A stretch of 64,000 nucleotides of DNA from Ascidiella aspersa (taxonomy: Eukaryota), in NCBI GenBank assembly GCA_963924565.1, contig OZ004613.1, positions 12,958,001 to 13,022,000 of the forward strand, given 5' to 3'. Each line of letters starts with the position of its first letter. Positions within the stretch are counted from its first letter, which is position 1. Under the pieces are notes generated by a model. It did not search any database. It was not told where the DNA came from and saw only the letters and a list, made by a program, of their open reading frames with translations. Position numbers and translations under genes: made by a program. Of the stretch, positions 37,001 through 49,751 are shown piece by piece.

Positions 37001-40000
37001 AAAGGGTGGGAAAGCGAGAGATTTAGCGAAAAGGAGTGGACGGGAGCATGCGGGGAGAGTGTCCTGCTATATGTGTCACAATTAACCCGACATGCTCGTT
37101 TCGCGGACATTCGTTGCCATGCCGACCACTGCCTATAGTTCCAGTTTCGCAAACGCGATTTTCTGCCGTAAAGTTCGCGTGTCGACCCTTTGTTGTAGAA
37201 ACGCGTAGCTCGAGCAGTCAAAAAATCGACCGAAGACAGGGAAGGGGTCAACTTAACGTAGTTTTCTACTACCTTATATGGACGATAGCCGTATGTTCTT
37301 TCCATAGTGAAATCTGCTGTTATACCCATCTGCTCGCCACAATGTTTAAATTTAGTTTCACGCGGTTTCGTGTGCGAAGCAGATTTATATAGGGTTATCC
37401 AAAGCATAAACGCAATGCCGATTGCACAAAAGTTAGTTCAAGAGTTTAAATACCTATTCGTTGGTGGGGATATCTCATACGGTAGCTGATTGTAAAACTG
37501 TTTTCCGATTTGTAAATTAAAATTGACATGTTATTACGCGGTTTAATTCTTTTAAGCTGATTTAAGCATTCAATATATATTTAAATCTAGGCAACATTCT
37601 GCTCTTTCCTTCACAAATAAAGGGGCGTTTAGCTAATAATGCGACCAGTAGCCTACATTGCGGATCAGGCTGTCACACCAAAACGATAAAACATAAATCC
37701 GTGGTCCAATTAGCTGTTTGGTAACCTAAAACATTGAAATTGAAATATGGAAAACTAAGATTAAAAATAAAAAAACTTTTTTCGGTTGCTTGTATTAATT
37801 AAACCAACCGTGTCAATGTAAGGCAAATTAAATAAATTACCGCAACTTATACTGATACCAAAAAACATTATTTGTCGAGAGTCGTTTAGTCAAAGTTTTA
37901 GACTTAACTTGCCCTTGGAGAACCAAAAGTATTCGAAAAGGGCTACTCTGCTTGTCAGTATACAATAAAACACGTTTCGTTTCGCAAGTCAATTTTTATT
38001 GCGGTGTTTGTATATGAGAGTAAAAAAGAGAGTGTATAGCCGACAACGCTTTCGCGAAACTCGCCCCTACCGGAAAAGGCATTATTCACAACCAAGCGCG
38101 CATACTTCGCAACTTTTACCGGTCGCTTCATTTGCCCGACGCCACTCGTCGACAGTTGCGGGGATAGGCGTTAAATAGCGCGCTCAGAAGCTATACAGCT
38201 ATACAGCAGCCCGGCAGCGGTAATTTTAACTTTTCCGGGGTGCCTAAACAGTGCGCGAGTGCCTCTGATTGGTCTTTGATGGTCGCTGATGAGTGTTTGG
38301 CCAGGGCGCCGAGTGGTTGTCTCCCTTTCAGGCCAGCGTGCTCGCAACCGGTCCGCGACACTACTCGACGCGGCTAATTTTCGACATCACAGAGAAGTGG
38401 GGCCCCCCGTATATTCGTTTTATGTACTGTAGCGCTGGCAACATTTTTCTCGCCGCTCCGTTATTAAGTAGCCCACCCCCCTCGATATAATCTCGCCGTT
38501 TTTTTACGTTACACTTTGGCGACAATACTTTGGGAGTTTTGAGAGACCTCCTGCTGCACACCTCGCATAGTAGTGGTTTTGGTATTTATCGTAATACCCA
38601 CTAAGGCGCATTTACTGCATTACAAGCTATTGAATCCCTGCAAACAATCATTGCAAGTACACAGTTCTTTTTATAACTAACGATGTTTTGAACAAGTGCT
38701 ATACGCCGTTGTGATACACAGCTACAGTTTACGTATCGAATTGGGCATCAGTAATCACTTGTTAAAACAAAATTTATAGCAAATATATTAAACTTGAGTG
38801 ACAGACATCAATGCGAACTATCAAACTAAAATCAATAAAGGTTTATGCCTTGTAAAATTAAATTATAGTATTTATTTACCAAGAATCGGAAAACATTGCG
38901 TTTATACCATTTTTTCAATTATATGTTGTACAGTCAACAGTCAATTGGCTCCCAGTGTTAATGGTGAATACGATTGACTGTTTCGTACAGTCCAAAGCTT
39001 TGCGTTGGCTTTGCCAAACAAATGACCTGTCAAGCATATTTGAATTTTATATTCCCTGTTTATTGGTAAGAAAAATCCAGCCGCAAAAGCTTGCCTTGCG
39101 AAATAACTCTTGCTTTGAAACGGCGAAAGAACGATCCAATCCAAAATGTTGTCATTTCCAGGAATCGTGTCTGCTGTTAGGCAGCAAAAAAAAACTCTGT
39201 CCTTTAAGTCAAGAGGGCTTGATTGTTATTCGCGAATGGAAAAGTATCTTTACTTTTCGACTCGGTATTGATCAACGGTTGTCCAGCCTAAAAGGCACGC
39301 TGTCAGAGTTACTTGGCAGCTAAACCGTCCTGCACCCTGATGGCTGCGCAGTCCCTTGAAACTTATCGTCGCGCTGCCGTAGTGACACAGCGTTGACCTG
39401 CATCGGCAGCATCAGCAGCCTTGTGCAAGCACGCGCCGCCATTTTGTTTTCCGAGACAGTTTTTCTAGCCTTGATTCACAAATGCGAACTTGAATGGATC
39501 TTGGGGCGCAGTATAGCATAGCTTGTAATACTTGGGGAATGAGTGGTAAGTCTTACATTCAAACCGTTCCAACACTCTGATTTGCGTAATGCCAATAAGC
39601 ATATCGAAACGCGGTATATTAGAAATGCGAAAAGCTATATTTACTCAGTCTTCTGTGACGTTTTAATTCCGGCTAATATTTTTATAAACACTTGTTTCTT
39701 GGTTTCAATAGTTTTACTTCAAAGATTTACTGGCGTGTTTTGTTTCCAGTTGGTGTAGTACGACTATAGACATGCGCCCTGCGAATCCAGGCCACACGCC
39801 TAATTTGTTTAATGCGTTTTTTCGGTTGTAAATTTTCGCCGGTCACTTGTTTCGGCGCATTGTCCATCCAGTGACCCAATTGCGCGGCGCTTGATTGCTA
39901 TGTGAGAGCCATCGCGAGTACAATTAAGTGCGACGCACAAGTTGCCAGCCCTTGAATAGATCTGAATTGCCAGATTGTAACCGGTTACGCTACGTACGTT

Positions 40001-43000
40001 TAACACAAGAGATCGTTGTTTGGAAAAAAATCTTATTTTACGAAGGGTTTCGTAACATATGCGAGGGATTTTGCAGTGTCCGCAAAGAAAAAGTATAACC
40101 TTTTTTTATTCCTATTATTATATTAGTCCCAAAAGTGATAATTTTATTTGATTCAAGAAAACAGATGACTGTTACTATAGTGAAATCCTAATTAACTGTT
40201 TTAACTTACCTATTCTCAAACTGAAACAGAATGCAAGTCGAAATAGTCTAAGGGTTTGATTGGCAATCATCTACAATGCACAGCCCTTATTTTACTTCAC
40301 AATCATACATCTCATCGGTATATTATAAATCACACAACCGAAGCAAAAAAAATAGCACGCTAAGCAAAATATAAGGCACATTCCAGATCAGTAGTTCTCA
40401 ACCTTTCGGCATTGCATCTAAAGGGATAATTTGATAATCCATGGGGGTCATATTGGCAATGATATATAATACAACCTTGAACGCCGAATAAGTGGCATCC
40501 ACACTCGACTGTTGGTACTTCGATTTTTTAAGATAATTCCTCAGTCATTATACAATATTGTATATCCTTTGGTTGATTGAAGATCACAATTTAATAAATT
40601 TTCCAAAAAGTAAATGAATGGCACTAAAAAGGTTAAGGGTTTCCGAATTAAATATTTAACTAGCCTCTAATTCTGTACTTATGCGACCGAAGGGCGTTAA
40701 AATCCACGACAGGTTTTCTTGTAAATTGTAACATGTGCGAGTGATACGACAGGCAGTTACGTCACGAGCACGCAGAGCGTCTTTATTTGCGTTGCGGTTC
40801 TTGGCGCTCCTCAACTGCTGGTTGTTGCCCGGTTACCATTTACCAAACGGCTGATGGCTGCCCTTGTAAATTTGATTGAAAATTTAATCTCATGATTTTA
40901 ACTCAATCAGCGTTAAATCTATTGCGGCGTGGGTTTCGTTCGAATGCAGAGATTGTTGATGCCGTTTAACGTTAAGAATAGATTCAAATATTACATATTC
41001 TGTAAAACGATTGACTATACAATTGGATCGTAGTTATTAACATTATACGAAAAGGCTGTGGATTTCTATCGAAAAAGGGTTGAATTGGCAAAGAGTAGAA
41101 TACAATGCTCTATAGTAGTAGGGCACGCAGTTAAAAAACAAGCGTGTTTTGGATTTTGTTTAGGTTTTTCAGCCGCCTATGGTCTTTGAAATAATAATAA
41201 AAATGGCTAGATGATTAAAATATGATAATTGTCAAGCAAAGTTTAATTGTTTGTCAGAATATGTTGTGAACATTTGCGCCTGGTGGTTTATAAGCCTGCT
41301 TTATCCCAATTTTCCATAATTATTAGTCGTTTAAGGGTTTGTGTGTGTTATAAGAAGCCCTAAAACGACTTATAATCCACCACCATCTTTACTAAACGTC
41401 GGGTAAACACTCCACGTAACTAAACCCGCTATTTTTGGATTTTCAAATTCGGAAAGCGCTTTACAATGGGTCTCACCATTTAGGGCGGTGGCGGTAAAAG
41501 TCCCGTGGCAGAAAAAGCGAAAGTGATCAAGACCTAAATATTCGAGCTGACAAAAAAGCGCCAGTGTTTTTGTCAGAGTCCGTCCCGATGGAATCCGATT
41601 TCAGATCCGCTAATGAAATACCGGCAGAAAACGCGGGGCGCCGAAAAGAGAATGCACGCAACCGGTGCCTGTTTACAAAAGCAATTAGCCCCGTATTCGT
41701 TCCAGCATCAGCAACAGCAGCAGGGGAAAGCATTCCGAAATAGAATTTCCGCATTAGCCCGGTGGATGGCGGGCGGTGGGCGGCTGCGCTCGTTCGCATT
41801 GTCACACAAGACTAAGATGCTCGTGCGCTGGATAAGGTGGGTGGGGGGGGTGTCGGGAGCCTGGCAGATGTGAAAGCGGGCTTGATGGAGGTCGAGCAAG
41901 CCCGGCGGCCAGATGGGCTCTCTGTCGAGGGCCCCGTTTTTCGCCGCCGCTCTACCATTCGAGCGCGCTATCAACAACAACGACCGCCCGGGTCATTGTA
42001 CAGGCCGAACACAAAGCACCGCTTCCGTCTTAACCCTTACGCGAGGGCGCGCGCGAAACAGGCACTGCGTGACGTCACCTAATTTCGTCACAAACCTCTT
42101 TTTTGGTTGTTGCGGGGTCAACTGTGAGTCGACGGTCAGTTTCCGCTTTGTCGTGTTTCGTTTCGTTGTCGCGTGATCACATTGGGTTGGCCTCTTCGTA
42201 GCGTTGCCGCATAAAAACAAAAAATAAAAAATGCTATGGCGTTAAATCCAACACGCCTCCTTTCAACCGACATTCATTAGAATAAGTTTCAACTTTCGAA
42301 GATTATATTAAGCAGCGAATTACGCGCTGAATGGCAGCGAAACGGATTAGGAAATTTTCCAAAGCGATAATAACCTAACTTAAACGACAAGTAAATTCTT
42401 TATCTCGACTCATCCAGCGTCAACTTTCGCCGAAAGCTCTCCGACGCAAAACGATATTGGTACATTTGCGCAAATATACGAACGATCAGTTGTCGAGTCG
42501 GCCTTTCCGACCTTTCGAAGCCTCTAGGTATATGGGCAATTGTTTTTCAGCGGGCAGTGTGAGAAACAGAAAATGAATTTGGCGTGTCAAAAAAGGGGAC
42601 CTGGAATACACATAATACAACGTGTGATTTAATTTAAAAGAATCTTTAAATATCAATAGGCGAGGATCCCTTACAAGAGATATTAAATAAAATATTCTGA
42701 AACCCCGAACAAAAAATGTGAAGGCCTGATTTTGCCAAAAAAACGTTTTATTGAAAATAAGCCGCGGGCCGCATTATATTGCTTGGCGGCCGTAGTTTAC
42801 CCAGTTCTGATCTATAGCCAGCAGAAAAAAGGCCGTGTGCTCGCCTTGTGCGACATCTGCTGGCTCGTGTATAAGCGGCGGCTTCTCATCGGCGCGATTT
42901 GTTGATTGCGAACAGATGCGCCATAGGCCGATGATGGATCTCCGACGCGGTCGGCGCGGCCTTGTGCGTGAAACGGGATTCCCTCGTATATGCCTTCTTA

Positions 43001-46000
43001 ATTACTTGCACACTTGCCTGCCTGCCTTTGTCGGGCCGCATTACGGCGGGAATTACACCGCTCGATTTTACGCCTCGCCGCACATGCACACTAGTGCAAG
43101 CACACCCGCGCTTCAAAGTATTGTCATTCTTGTGAGAATTTGAGAAGGCCAAGAACTTTGCGCAGAAGCCAACAGCCTTCCAACTAAATGAAAACTGTGT
43201 CGTTTTGTCTACGAGCGGCATTCTGTTTCAAGGCATCGCGGCCAGCGCGCATGATGCTTGTGCGATTGCTCTACGACCCGCAGAAGACAGCAAGCCACGC
43301 CTTTTCCGTCGAATTTTCGCGCGACTATTTTCGGTCACCGGCGTCTGCAGGCCCCGGAACACACCACTAACAAGGCCCTGCGCCGAGGTCCCGAGCGACG
43401 TCGCCCGCCCGCGCTTTTCGTCGCATTTGTCGAGCTCGTATTTTCGGTAAAAAGCGGCCCGTCTCGCCCGCGAGAGCCTCTGCTGCTCCCCGGTGGGCGC
43501 GCACACGTGTCTCGTGCAAGGGCACCGCTTTCCGACTTCGAGTTGCGGCACGCGGACTTTGCTTATATGTTATTTTTATTCGACAAACTTTTTTTGGAAA
43601 AGGTATACGACCCTCGATGCCGGTTCGTATAATATGCGAAACGCACCTTTGCGAGTTGCGTTTTTGAGAGTTACTCGCCCTGTTTCGGTCCACCCCTCCC
43701 CCTCACACAGAGAAACCGCACTTCTTTCGCGAGTAATTGCTAACTGGATGAATAAGGGCCAGGGCAAGCGCTCCTATGGCGCGCGTGTGCGACCGGTGAT
43801 GGAGGCTAAAGCGGCAACCCTCCCCCCTAATGCGCGCACAAATCAAATTTACAAGATGTTCGCCTTTTAACCCGGGGCCAGGGCGATGAAAGGCGCGCGA
43901 GCGAGAAATTGAGCGAAAAATACCTTTTCAATCACCGCCGCGCCGCTCCTTATAGCGTTGGCTTTAATTGGATTCCGGCGTTTTACAAGGCCGCTACGAT
44001 ACAGTTACATTAGGTCCGACATCCCAAGTTCGGCGGGTCTGAACTTGTCGCGAGGCTGGGTTGGTGGTGGGGGGATCGGCGGGCAAGGGGGGTACCGGGC
44101 CTTGACGTAAAATAAAGTGACGGCGGGAGCTTGGACGATTGAAAATCGCCGCTTTAATAAAGACCCGGCGACTTGCGAGTCCCTCGCCGCTAATAACACG
44201 GGCGGTGCTAAGCCCGGGCCGATATTTTTACGTCGACCCTTTAACCCGGCTGTCTTTCGCGCTGCCACCGCCACCGTTCAACTTCGCTCCGACGTTTCCG
44301 CCTTGCCGCGCGCAAAGCGCTACGTATTTTCCGGCAATTTTTCGCGGCCTTTTTTCAATTTTCGCGATGTTCGAACACCCTTGGCCGACCGTTCTTTCCC
44401 GCGGGCCCGTTCCTTGCCCAGCTTGCGCTTACCCCCCTTGCTAGTGCACACTGCACGCCCAACGCCGCCGCCGCCGCTTTGATTCGATTAGGTGCCGGAG
44501 CGCGGCCCGGACATATAATGAAGGTTCAGCGCGGGCGCGCCAAAAAAATATTATTGAAAATGCGCAAGTGAAAAATTTGCTAAAACATGCCCGTCTCGCT
44601 AAGGAATTGATAGTGTCGCCCGTGATCTAATAGCGACGACGGAAATTCAAGGTTAGATTATAGGGGGAAATTAGCTATGCTCTGTATGCCTATCGATTAC
44701 CAACAGCATGCTGCTGTGGGGCCGCTAGTAATCCTATCACGTTGCCCGCGGCCTAATCGGCATTTGGGCAACGAGATTTAATGCGAAAATTCATTCCCTG
44801 TATTTGTATCTTATTACATTTATGGCCAAGGTGGACCGCGGCTTATGCCTCTTAGCGGTTTTGATCAGTAATTGATTACGAGAGCCGCGCAAAAGGCAAT
44901 TCTGAAGCAGTATTGGCACGACATTTCTTCTTTTGTGTGTAGACGATTCCGTACTGGCTTGTATTTGTCCCTGCGCAAAATTTGATCATGTAGATGAGGG
45001 TTATCTCGCTTGCAAGCGGTTCATCACCGTCATTTCTGAAAGGCAGGACACGGTTGCCTTTTGATGTAAAACACCTCGAAGAATTGTTGAAATGGATTTG
45101 CGTGTGATGGAGAAATGGTCTTTTGCAACTGCAAAAGAATACAATTTTACAGCACGGCTAATCAAATACAACATTAAATCAACTAGGACAAATTTAGTAA
45201 TTAAACTCAGTATAGTTATAATTTCTACGAAAAGAGTTTTGTTGATTTAATCGAAAAGTAAAACTCTTGCAAAGTGTTGATTTTTTTAATTACATCGATC
45301 GAACAGTTAGTAATAATTTGCTATTAAGGCCAAAGATGAGCTTGAAGAAAATAAACTGACGTGGGCTGGCGGAGAACCACTTTGGCGAAACTGAACACTT
45401 GCGCAAACTGACAAGTTAGCAACCTGAATGCGTTTCGCACTTACGCGCTCGCTGTTAAACACAAGTCGAACGAACTGGGCCAAAATGCCAAATGTTTTCA
45501 TTCAATTTCCCGCACAGGCTTTCAATTGCGAGCGGCTGGCCGCTAATAGCTCTTTCAGCGCGCGGGGAATTGTCTTTATCCCGAACGAAATACCCCTAAA
45601 AGCTTGTCCTATGCGTTTTTTAAGGCGGCAGAAATCCGCCGCTGCACTGGATGACGACGCAATCTGATCAAAACCCTTCCGTTTTAGTGCGCGGAAAAAT
45701 ACCTGCCGGGCCCATAGGACTTGTCTGTGGTTTACTGGCAGTCGTACTTTAAATAGCAACCGACTAAACGGCTTTCGAAACGGGATGCGGCGACAGCATC
45801 CGACCCGAACGAAAACCCGATCATTAGATATGCCATAGTTTGCAATTGAAAATTACAGTAAAGCAAAAAATAAAATGAAAATTATTTGTTCCAATACAGG
45901 CGGATTTTCTGTAAAAAACTTGTTAGCTTGGTTGATCAACTTCGTATAGTTTCTTAATAATTTTAAGTCTACGAACATCTCAAACCTTCTTACCCCGTTT

Positions 46001-47452
46001 ATTGCTACGTCGGTATCCTTTTAAACAACCAGTGGTTTAAACTATGACGAAGTTTTGCTTTCCTGTTCCGTCAAATAAACTCGTCGTTTTTTTACAGCTT
46101 GTAAACGCAAAGAGGACGACAAGCCGTGCGAAAGTCAAGTGCCTGCGCCCAAGAAGCCCAGATTGGTCTTCACCGACCTCCAACGCCGTACACTACACGC
46201 CATATTCAAGGACAGCAAGCGTCCCTCCAAAGAAATGCAGGTTTGAGACAGCCGCTGATTTATTTTATTCGTGCACTTACGCCTGCGAAGGATTCACTGA
46301 ACGTTATAATCAATATACATATCCCCGCCCTTCTCATATATAAACGACCTTGGCCTCTGATGCACGACAGCTAATATTTAAACCAAACTGGAAATTAATC
46401 ACATTCATCACTTAGGGTTGATTCAATGGAAGCATAGATCAGGATTAACTCGAGAATTCTAAGCTTTGTCTATAAATTTTCTATTTATTTATGTGATTTC
46501 ACATTAGTTAAAATAAACATTTAAACTCCAACATGTTCGATAACGTATACGCACAACATACTCTAAATGTACCACAACTTGATGGTAACGTAATGTATTT
46601 CTTAAGCCAGGGAAATCTTCTTTTTTTTTGGATAAGTAGAACACAATATGTAAAAAATTGAAGATTAATATAGTTTCCTAGAGGGCAACTTCCTGACTAA
46701 AATGCAATTAGGCGACAAAGCAGCGAGATAAAAAATGAACCTTGTAGATTTAAACTTCTCGCCAAAATTTTGGTAACAATACATCGGTTGTCTTAGATTA
46801 AAAAAAAATATCAGTAAATATTAATAAGCCTCACAATTTACAGCATATTATAATAGCCTACAAGTAAAATGAGCATAAAATGTCTATACGAAAAAGTGTT
46901 AATTTGTTACATTGTCGCGGTCATCGGCTAACGCTCATCGTCTGACGAAAGACTATTTTTATTAACCAGGTTCAGATCGCCCAGCAACTTGGCCTGGAGG
47001 TCACCACCGTGAGCAACTTCTTCATGAACGCGCGACGACGCAGCCTGGACAAGTGGCAGGACGACGAGTGCTTCAAGGACGGCGCGCTGAGTCCGACCCC
47101 GTCCGAGAACCTCCTATCCCAGCACTCTCAGCAGCAACAGCACCAGGCTCAGCAGCAGCAACAGCAACAGCAGCAGTCAACCTCTTTCGAGCACCCGGCT
47201 GCACACGACGCCCGCTCCGCCTACCACAATGTATCCGCCGATCACTTGATGTCGGCCGGCGGCGGCCACCTTCCCTTCCCAGCTTCGCACCATCTACACC
47301 ACCAGAACCTTCAGCAACAGCACCCTGGCCTCGTCCAGTCCAACCCCATGCTCAGCTCGGCGCACCTCACGCCCTCAGGCCTCATTCACTCGTACCAGGC
47401 CCAGCAGCAGCTGCTCTGTCCCGACCTGTCGTCCCACCACTCGCCGCGATAG
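31036..47452 (+). CDS. Onecut: Onecut/HNF6 CUT-homeodomain transcription factor. Exons 31036(or 30999)..32956, 46098..46240, 46970..47452
   Basis: CUT domain EEVNTKEVASKITQELKRYSIPQAIFAQRVLCRSQGTLSDLLRNPKPWSKLKSGRETFRRMWKWLQEPEFQRMSSLRLA|ACKRKE. Homeodomain KKPRLVFTDLQRRTLHAIFKDSKRPSKEMQ|VQIAQQLGLEVTTVSNFFMNARRRS, with the Onecut-diagnostic F48/M50. N-terminal YATLTPLQTLPPI box and poly-His tract. Intron phases 1 and 0 match. Confidence 0.97.
31110..31200 (+). repeat. CAG/CAA microsatellite encoding the Onecut polyQ tract (a second Q-rich tract lies at ~47128..47175)
   Basis: CAACCACAGCAGCAGCAGCAGCAGCAACAACAACAGCAACAGCCACAGCAG... read in the Onecut frame. Confidence 0.9.
33321..34327. promoter_or_regulatory. 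Candidate intronic enhancer with Onecut-type ATCGAT sites and CAGATG E-boxes
   Basis: ATCGAT at 33321, 33368, 33538 and 33734. CATCTG/CAGATG at 33811, 33980 and 34322. All lie in a GC-rich non-coding island. Confidence 0.45.
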
Positions 47453-48965
47453 GTGTAATAATCGAGCCAAAACTCGGAGGCTGACGTTGCGGCGTTACGC
47501 ACACAACACCTTTTGCCAGCGTTTACGAGATTGCTCGCTGCTCTTCGTTTGCGCCGCTTTCACTCTATATGGCGGTTCGCGAATTCGCTTTGCACATTTT
47601 AGATAATAAATGCCTGATTCGTAGATGCTCTTCGGTTCCTACAACATCCATCGTTCTGTTCTAGCTGATAGGACCACTGAGATTTCAACAATATCATTAA
47701 GACCTGTGGAGCCCGTTATGACGCGTCATCATTAATCTTTTCAAGTTCCCAGTTACTGCTTTCCGGCTTCACACAGCCGCTGAACGTATATACCTTCGTT
47801 GTTGTCCCATTTTTCGCCCTTCTTTCTCGCTCGTCACCGATCCGATGACTGGCGGCCGCCACGCATATTTCAATCTGCGGTAACACCGACTTTCTATTTC
47901 GTTTTCCTCCGCAAGGCGACCTCGCGTTTCTCACCAAAGATCTCCAAGACCACCTGACCTCGCTCCCGCCCGATTTTATTTCACTTGTGTACACGTCATC
48001 GCGGTTTGTGTGCCGCGAATCAAGTCCAGGGCATACCGACGGCAGGCGCCGGCTTCTTTAATGGCAAAGCGTGTGACTCATCGCCCACTTTTGATTAGCG
48101 ACAATCCGCGTCGCTTTCCAAACTTAATTATTTATTTTTTCGAAGGTCCTTACATTGCTGACAATTTAGATAACCCTTGTCGCAGGGCAACCACTTACAC
48201 GAAAAGTAAAATGCCCGATTTAATTCGGCAAACGCTACTGTTGTTATCGTGCGACTTTTCCGTTTGTTTTGAAGGGAAAAGGTAAATTTATTTTAGAATA
48301 AGGTCAAGCTTGCTTTTACGATTTGATTATATAAATTGTTTCAAAATATGGTATTTAGTCTCCATTACGCATTAAATAACACAATGAATGCGCTTTTTTC
48401 CGTTTTCTTGTGCATGACCCACTGTAAATAGCATTGTGCTGCTAACTCAGCCCGGATTTCTCTCTTTGACTTTGACGTTAGACTTGAGTGCTTCGCTTTT
48501 CAAAGGTTCCGCTTTCCCCTTTTAACTGTGATTATGTCTTATTTACCCTTTGCGCCGTTCGTTACATTTCCCTATTGCGCCGTATTTATAGTCTACTGTG
48601 TTTTCGCCGTTCTCTTTCTTGTATCTTACTGACCCTGACCAAAGACTGCGTTTTTATTGTTGTTATTACAGATGTTTTTAAAGAGCGGGCCACGAGCCCA
48701 CTGGCGCCCACTGCCGGACTTATATTATATTTGTGCAATTTACTTTTCTAAGTTACTCATATTTAAACGCGCAATCATACAATGATAGTGACACACGATA
48801 ACCCTTGGTCGTGTAGTCTAATTATTTATAGTGCACATCACTGTTCTACTGCCATCGACGCAAGTCAGTGCTCATGTTTTTTTTTTGCACATGCATTGAG
48901 TCTCCAATGTTCGACTGCTGTCTGTTTGTTAACCGTATAAATAAATACCAACTGAATAAGCTTGT
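47453..48965 (+). other. Predicted Onecut 3' UTR with proximal and distal poly(A) signals
   Basis: AATAAA at 47605 and at 48940, the latter followed by GT-rich sequence. ACCAAAGA at 47933 and 48638; TGTAAATA at 48423. Confidence 0.6.
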
Positions 48966-49751
48966 CGTTTGTATCTTTTCAGGCCTAAGTTTTTACTCTT
49001 CCTACTATGTGTATTATATGGAAAACGGTTTAAACAATACTTAAATTTTGTATTTAGCCCACAGGGAAGGCAATTTACATAATTGCGGATAAAACTAACT
49101 AAACATTATGACATTTTAACTTCAACACATGGGTCGATAATCATAAGAAATTACCTCTTTTTTTTTTTTTTTGGTACACAATATGTAAATCAAGCGTTTT
49201 CTACCACTGCCCAACAATTTTGTCGTTGTGTTATCCGTGTATTAAAAAGCTCGATAAAAAGGCAGGAAAATAGTATGTACACTGAAGAGTTTTACGAACC
49301 ACTGAAACATAGAAACTGTGGCATAAATTCATTATGACCAAGGTTACGCGTGAGCTTTTGGGAAGACATTGGCTTCGGCTGAGTAAAAATGCGTTTCATA
49401 CAACAACTATTTCTTGGGCAAAAACAAGAATTAATACCAAGACTAAGATAGGTTAATGATTCTAAACTTTCGTTTATTTAACTTCATAAGGTAAGAACTT
49501 AGTGTATTTTATACGATGAAACAAGTGATTTAACAATGGCTTTTGAAATATTTTTCATCATTATTGTGGTAATTAGATTTAATGTATAATTTTTAATTAA
49601 GTAATTAAAGGTTATAGTTTGTTTCCTGTTATTTAAAAGAGAATATTTAGGATAACAACACAAAAAATGTAAATGTAGGGAATAAAAGCTGAAGATGTTG
49701 TGTAAATTTAAAGAACTGTAGGCGTGATAGTTTAGTTTTTAGTTCGCTTCT

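Noticed and set aside
36733-37407. 224-aa minus-strand ORF and the many 60-140 aa ORFs in the Onecut intron and intergenic islands
   Set aside because: No domain similarity and no exon-like codon bias; expected by chance in GC-rich non-coding DNA.
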